DNA from: a virus
Lineage: Duplodnaviria > Caudoviricetes
DNA: 50,740 bases
Strand: one strand, 5' to 3'
Virus record (IMG/VR): IMGVR_UViG_3300036045_000015
Span: 1 to 50,740 of that record
Both the position numbers and the translations under genes were made by a program. Of the stretch, positions 46,884 through 50,740 are shown piece by piece (position 1 is the first letter of the stretch; each line of letters begins with the position of its first letter). Under the pieces are notes generated by a model. The model had not been told where the DNA came from, searched no databases, and saw only the letters and a list, made by a program, of their open reading frames with translations.

Positions 46884-46917
46884 GCGCAAAAGTTGCAGAA
46901 AAACTAATTCAAGCTAC

Positions 46918-46946
46918 TTGACACGCTTGCGATTAGCTACTATACT
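46918..46946 (+). promoter_or_regulatory. Promoter TTGACA-17-TATACT
   Basis: Near consensus. Confidence 0.8.
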
Positions 46947-46975
46947 GAAACGATATTCGAGAGATGGAGGCGATA

Positions 46976-47350
46976 ATGAAGACTAAAAAAGAAAAAGTGC
47001 TAATCCAAATACCAACCGAGAATGGTTTTCGGATTTTTTGTTCTGAAAATAACAGCACCGATGATATTAAATGGCGCAGTCATGTTTATACCGATACGGA
47101 AAGCGGGCTTATTTGGCGGCTGGGCGTAGACGATGACGGCTATTGGGCATTCGTCCGCCCAAATGCGGCTTCGTCGGGCTATTTTACGCCGACGCGCAGC
47201 ACATTTTTTGAGGCTCGCCGTGATGCGGAGGCGCTTTTATGTTGGCTGTTTTTTGCTGAGCCTATGCCGTTCATTATGGAGATGTACAACGGCTTTTATT
47301 TCCTTGAAGATGTTGACAGAGAGGTTAGTGATGAGCAAAGCAAGGGGTAA
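46976..47350 (+). CDS. Hypothetical protein
   Basis: GGAGG RBS. Confidence 0.7.
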   Translation: MKTKKEKVLIQIPTENGFRIFCSENNSTDDIKWRSHVYTDTESGLIWRLGVDDDGYWAFVRPNAASSGYFTPTRSTFFEARRDAEALLCWLFFAEPMPFIMEMYNGFYFLEDVDREVSDEQSKG

Positions 47351-48206
47351 ACGGGCGCGGGGGTACAGTGCCCGTACTTGGGCGACGTATGGGGGGCTTA
47401 ATCCGCAACTGCTGCCGCCGTTAGTTTCGAGAGTGCAGTGGGATCGGGTGCCATTTACGCTAACCCGTGACGTGGACGGAGTGCTGGTTAATAATCGCGT
47501 TTTCGGTTTTGCTCAGTTGAAGCAGCAGTTTGAGGGCATGTCTGTAAACTCGCTGCGGTCTTATCTGAATAAAACTTCGAGTGTGGTGCGTTTTGGTAAT
47601 GCGGTTATTTATGGGCAGTATGGTTTTTTGGGGCTTGCACGTCAGCATTTTTCGCCGAACACTTCACGTTATCGCATCCGCGCGACAAACGAACATGAGG
47701 TGGTTCGCATTTTTGAAGATGCTCAACTTGCTGGCAAACATTTTGGTGTTAGCGCCAATACCGTTTTGCGGCGTGGCAGAGATTTGGGGGCATTGCCCGA
47801 TGCGGACGGCGAGTATTGGACGTTTGAAATTCAAGCGCCATTGAAAGACTACGATGCGTTCTACCGTTTACGAGATTACGCACTTGCGTTGCTGCTGCTT
47901 CGTAAATGGTATTTGAATTTGTGCCCTGATGACGAAATGACGCTCGATATGAACGAGAGCATTTTTTCAAATAGCACAATTTTTCGGCAATTTTCAAACG
48001 AGTTTTATTGCAGTATCGTCGAGGCTGTGCGGGCGGTTCGGCAGCTTTCCCCGTTGGTCGTTGATTTTAATAGAAGCTATTTGCATACTATTATGCAGAG
48101 CGTAGCGGATGGCGTTGATTTAGCTGTTAACCCAGTTGACGCCGAGAGCCTTGCCCGCACTGTTGTGTTAAATGCGGTCAAAAGTGGCATTTTTGCACAA
48201 TCGTAG
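47331..48206 (+). CDS. Hypothetical DNA-binding protein with a NUMOD1-like HTH segment
   Basis: IRATN...VRIFEDAQLAGKHFGVSANTV; GAGG RBS. Confidence 0.55.
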   Translation: MSKARGKRARGYSARTWATYGGLNPQLLPPLVSRVQWDRVPFTLTRDVDGVLVNNRVFGFAQLKQQFEGMSVNSLRSYLNKTSSVVRFGNAVIYGQYGFLGLARQHFSPNTSRYRIRATNEHEVVRIFEDAQLAGKHFGVSANTVLRRGRDLGALPDADGEYWTFEIQAPLKDYDAFYRLRDYALALLLLRKWYLNLCPDDEMTLDMNESIFSNSTIFRQFSNEFYCSIVEAVRAVRQLSPLVVDFNRSYLHTIMQSVADGVDLAVNPVDAESLARTVVLNAVKSGIFAQS

Positions 48207-48243
48207 TTCATGTGATGTTGACATATCGGATAAGGATGATAAC

Positions 48244-48543
48244 ATGGATAATGAAAAAAGTAAAGCCGCGCCGCTATACCCGGTAAATGTGTTAACGTTG
48301 ACTAGTCCTGTAACTGTGAAGGTGTCGGGGCGTCAATATCATCTGTCAGTGGGTGATCAGTTAGGGGTTGCGCGATGGGGGGTTCGTAAAAATATTCAGT
48401 GGTTTGAATGTTACCGCGCGGGGGTGCAGCCTCCATTGATTATTTTGGGGCGCGGGCATAAGATCGACACCGCCATAATGTCAGATAATGATATGCGTCA
48501 GTTGTTTGGTCGCCGTTTGAAGTTATTGGAGGCAGTGCGATGA
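48244..48543 (+). CDS. Hypothetical protein
   Basis: AAGGA RBS. Confidence 0.6.
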   Translation: MDNEKSKAAPLYPVNVLTLTSPVTVKVSGRQYHLSVGDQLGVARWGVRKNIQWFECYRAGVQPPLIILGRGHKIDTAIMSDNDMRQLFGRRLKLLEAVR

Positions 48544-48917
48544 TGACACCGGAGCAATTGTTTGAAAAATTGTCGGCTACAGAACGTAAACCGAGATGGT
48601 GGGTCGGGTATTCGTTATTGTTAACAGATTTTATTCACGAGAGGGATGTGCTTACAGGTAAAATGTATCAAGATTTAAGAGCCGTGAAAGAATGGTACGC
48701 CCAGAATGGGGAATACAGCTGCCTAGATGCGCTTAATTCGTTGGCATTTGCTTTGTTTAACGCTTCGCAGTATTCTGATACGGTAATTCTGTTTGATAAC
48801 TATACAAGTCCTTTAGTAAATTACGCAACCGCTGCGAGACTTTTAACGAAAGCGGTATGGAACTACAATCTTTGGGATGAAGATTGTGTTCAAAGGTACA
48901 TTCAACAAAATCCATAA
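48540..48917 (+). CDS. Hypothetical protein
   Basis: GGAGG RBS, ATGA overlap. Confidence 0.7.
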   Translation: MMTPEQLFEKLSATERKPRWWVGYSLLLTDFIHERDVLTGKMYQDLRAVKEWYAQNGEYSCLDALNSLAFALFNASQYSDTVILFDNYTSPLVNYATAARLLTKAVWNYNLWDEDCVQRYIQQNP

Positions 48918-48924
48918 AGTGTGC

Positions 48925-48957
48925 AAAAGACGGGTGTATCGCCCGTCTTTTTATTTT
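48925..48957 (+). terminator. Intrinsic (possibly bidirectional) terminator
   Basis: AAAAGACGGGTG-TAT-CGCCCGTCTTTT. Confidence 0.8.
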
Positions 48958-48968
48958 GGAGGATATTT

Positions 48969-50740
48969 ATGAGAATTGCAAACATACGAGATTTAACAGC
49001 GGGTTTTGTGGTAGTTTTTGTGCTTTTATTGGGGCTGTTGCTGCTAAACGCCGAACAGGTAATTCAGCTATCGGGGTATGGTGCGCAGCAAGTTTCTGTT
49101 CCGACGTTTGTAGTTGGCGGTTCGGGGGGCTACCCGACGATTGCCGCAGCTTTAACGGCAGCTGCGGGGTCGCCCAGCGCTGTTATCGAGATTTCTTCGG
49201 GAGTTTATCGAGAGCAGGTTAGCTTGTCTGGGCGTTCCGGTATCACGCTGCGGGGCATGGGGGCGGTTACGATCAGCGCTTTCAATGTTATCAGCGCCCC
49301 AACGCTGCACAGCACGGGGGTTTACCGCGTCCCGTTGACGCTTAATTTGGGTCTGGCTGATCCGAATTCGGTGTGGAGTAATGTGACTGTCGCAGTTCCG
49401 GCGCGGCAGCGAATGCACGTTTGGGTTGCTCAGGTTCGTTTACGTCCTGTTACGCAGTTGCCCGCTGACGGGGAATATTGGCACGATACGGCGAATGGCG
49501 TATTGTATGTTAACCCCGTTGGTACCTTAGTGCCAACGGAGGTGGAAGTATCGGCGCGGGAATACGGGCTTATTGCCGAAAATGCTCAGGATATTCAAAT
49601 TGAGAATTTGGCTATTGAGGGGTGCGCTAGTCGGGTTCAAGGGGGCTGTGTTCAGTTTCGGAGAACAGATAATATCTATATGCGTGATGTGACTGTCACG
49701 CGCAGCGGTTACAGCGGCTTTGACTTTTATGATACGGACAATGTTGAGTTGTCCAATTTAACTGCCAATCGCAACGGGGTACGTGACTTCGGGGTGCAGC
49801 GGGCGGAGAATTTGGCGCTTATTGGATTTGAGTTTACCAATACGGGCTGGAAGATTACTGAGAGTGAGCCGCGTCCGGTAGAGAGTAGTTCGCCGCTTAT
49901 TGCTTGGGATGGCGGTAATAAGATTTTGTTTTGTTGGGATTGCGTTTTTGAGAATGGCGTTGTGGACGACATTCGCGGTATTGGAATGTGGTTTGACTTT
50001 GATAATCAAAGAACGGTATTACGGAATTCGCGGATTACTGATGCCGAGCTTGCGGGCGTATTTGTCGAAGCGAATTGTACGGTGTCGGGGGGCTACAGTG
50101 TTTCGTTGCAGCAAGTATTTATTGAACATGGGCTGCCCGGCATGAGTACGCGCGGGGACAATGCTTATTGGGGCGCGTTGTTTATTACGGGAACGGACGG
50201 GGCGCTGTTTGAAGACGTTTATATTCGTTCGGGGGGTCGTAATGGGGTTATGATCACTAATCCTGACCGGACGGTGCAAACTAAAATTGGCACGACTTGT
50301 CAGACGGGTAATCGGAATAATGTGTTTCGTCGTTTAACGGTTGAACAGGTGAGTAACGGGTTTACAAACGCAGCGCTCATTCAAATGGCGTATGGGGGTA
50401 ACGGATATTACGCCACCACCGAGTTTGATGAAACTATTGTTGACCCGCTTTCCGGCAACTCGCAGCCGTTAATGCTGGAATTTGTATCGAGACCATTAAA
50501 TACGTTTGTCAGTTTGATTAAGCCCGGCAGTGACGTTGCGATTATGGATGCACAATTGCCACAAAGTACACCCCCAGTTTTACAAACTGCAACGCCAACG
50601 GCAACGAATACACCAACGAATACACCAACGAATACACCAACGAATACACCAACGAATACACCAACGAATACACCAACGAATACACCAACGAATACACCAA
50701 CGAATACACCAACGAATACACCAACGAATACACCAACGAA
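48969..50740 (+). CDS. Exported right-handed parallel beta-helix (pectin-lyase-like) protein with a Thr/Pro linker; continues across the junction to 212
   Basis: ATG after GGAGG; hand translation is open to the end of the window; N-terminal TM segment, YPTIAAAL...IEISSGVYREQV and GMWFDFDN beta-helix patterns. Confidence 0.88.
   Translation, partial: MRIANIRDLTAGFVVVFVLLLGLLLLNAEQVIQLSGYGAQQVSVPTFVVGGSGGYPTIAAALTAAAGSPSAVIEISSGVYREQVSLSGRSGITLRGMGAVTISAFNVISAPTLHSTGVYRVPLTLNLGLADPNSVWSNVTVAVPARQRMHVWVAQVRLRPVTQLPADGEYWHDTANGVLYVNPVGTLVPTEVEVSAREYGLIAENAQDIQIENLAIEGCASRVQGGCVQFRRTDNIYMRDVTVTRSGYSGFDFYDTDNVELSNLTANRNGVRDFGVQRAENLALIGFEFTNTGWKITESEPRPVESSSPLIAWDGGNKILFCWDCVFENGVVDDIRGIGMWFDFDNQRTVLRNSRITDAELAGVFVEANCTVSGGYSVSLQQVFIEHGLPGMSTRGDNAYWGALFITGTDGALFEDVYIRSGGRNGVMITNPDRTVQTKIGTTCQTGNRNNVFRRLTVEQVSNGFTNAALIQMAYGGNGYYATTEFDETIVDPLSGNSQPLMLEFVSRPLNTFVSLIKPGSDVAIMDAQLPQSTPPVLQTATPTATNTPTNTPTNTPTNTPTNTPTNTPTNTPTNTPTNTPTNTPTNTPT
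50602..50740 (+). repeat. 12-bp tandem repeat (ACGAATACACCA)n, about 11.5 copies
   Basis: Directly visible. Confidence 0.97.

Larger units (their letters stand above)
45930..46915. other. About 1 kb of noncoding sequence, candidate replication origin
   Basis: No ORF; strand composition flips from A/C-rich to G/T-rich; palindromes, inverted and direct repeats. Confidence 0.6.

Noticed and set aside
50542-50736. Minus-strand ORF (VYSL)n, and the (NP)n ORF at 992-1201
   Set aside because: Shadow frames of coding tandem repeats
1-50740. Alternative genetic code, introns or inteins, DGR/retron, integrase, tRNAs
   Set aside because: Core genes are intact under code 11; no reverse transcriptase, intein, recombinase or cloverleaf motifs were recognised by eye (tRNAscan and HMM searches were not run)

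Overview
The window looks like a complete, circularly closed genome of about 50.7 kb from a tailed, siphovirus-type dsDNA phage. Both ends lie inside the same 12-bp tandem repeat (ACGAATACACCA, encoding TNTP). A large beta-helix gene that the ORF track missed starts at 48969, runs off the right end and resumes in the same Asn-Thr-Pro-Thr register at the left end, stopping at 212. All credible genes are on the + strand. Gene order: glycan-active/secreted proteins; primase-helicase; DUF5664-like diphosphohydrolase; terminase; portal; scaffold; capsid; neck and tail with a -1 frameshift chaperone and a LysM-bearing tape measure; holin-like genes; metallophosphoesterase; a replication block (PD-(D/E)XK nuclease, P-loop NTPase, SSB-like protein, family A polymerase, Dam-type methylase, VRR-NUC, SNF2 helicase, MazG-like protein); small early genes; and a 1-kb noncoding origin-like region. 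I found no integrase, repressor, tRNA, CRISPR array or canonical endolysin. The Pro/Thr linkers and the style of the glycoside hydrolase suggest a Chloroflexota-like host, which is inference only. The most unusual signals are a stand-alone structured ncRNA (2187-2352), a structured leader before the scaffold gene, long inverted repeats beside degenerate or membrane-anchored nuclease genes, a minimal caspase-like protease under a hairpin-enclosed promoter, and an origin region where strand composition flips. All family assignments come from motifs recognised by eye, not from database searches.
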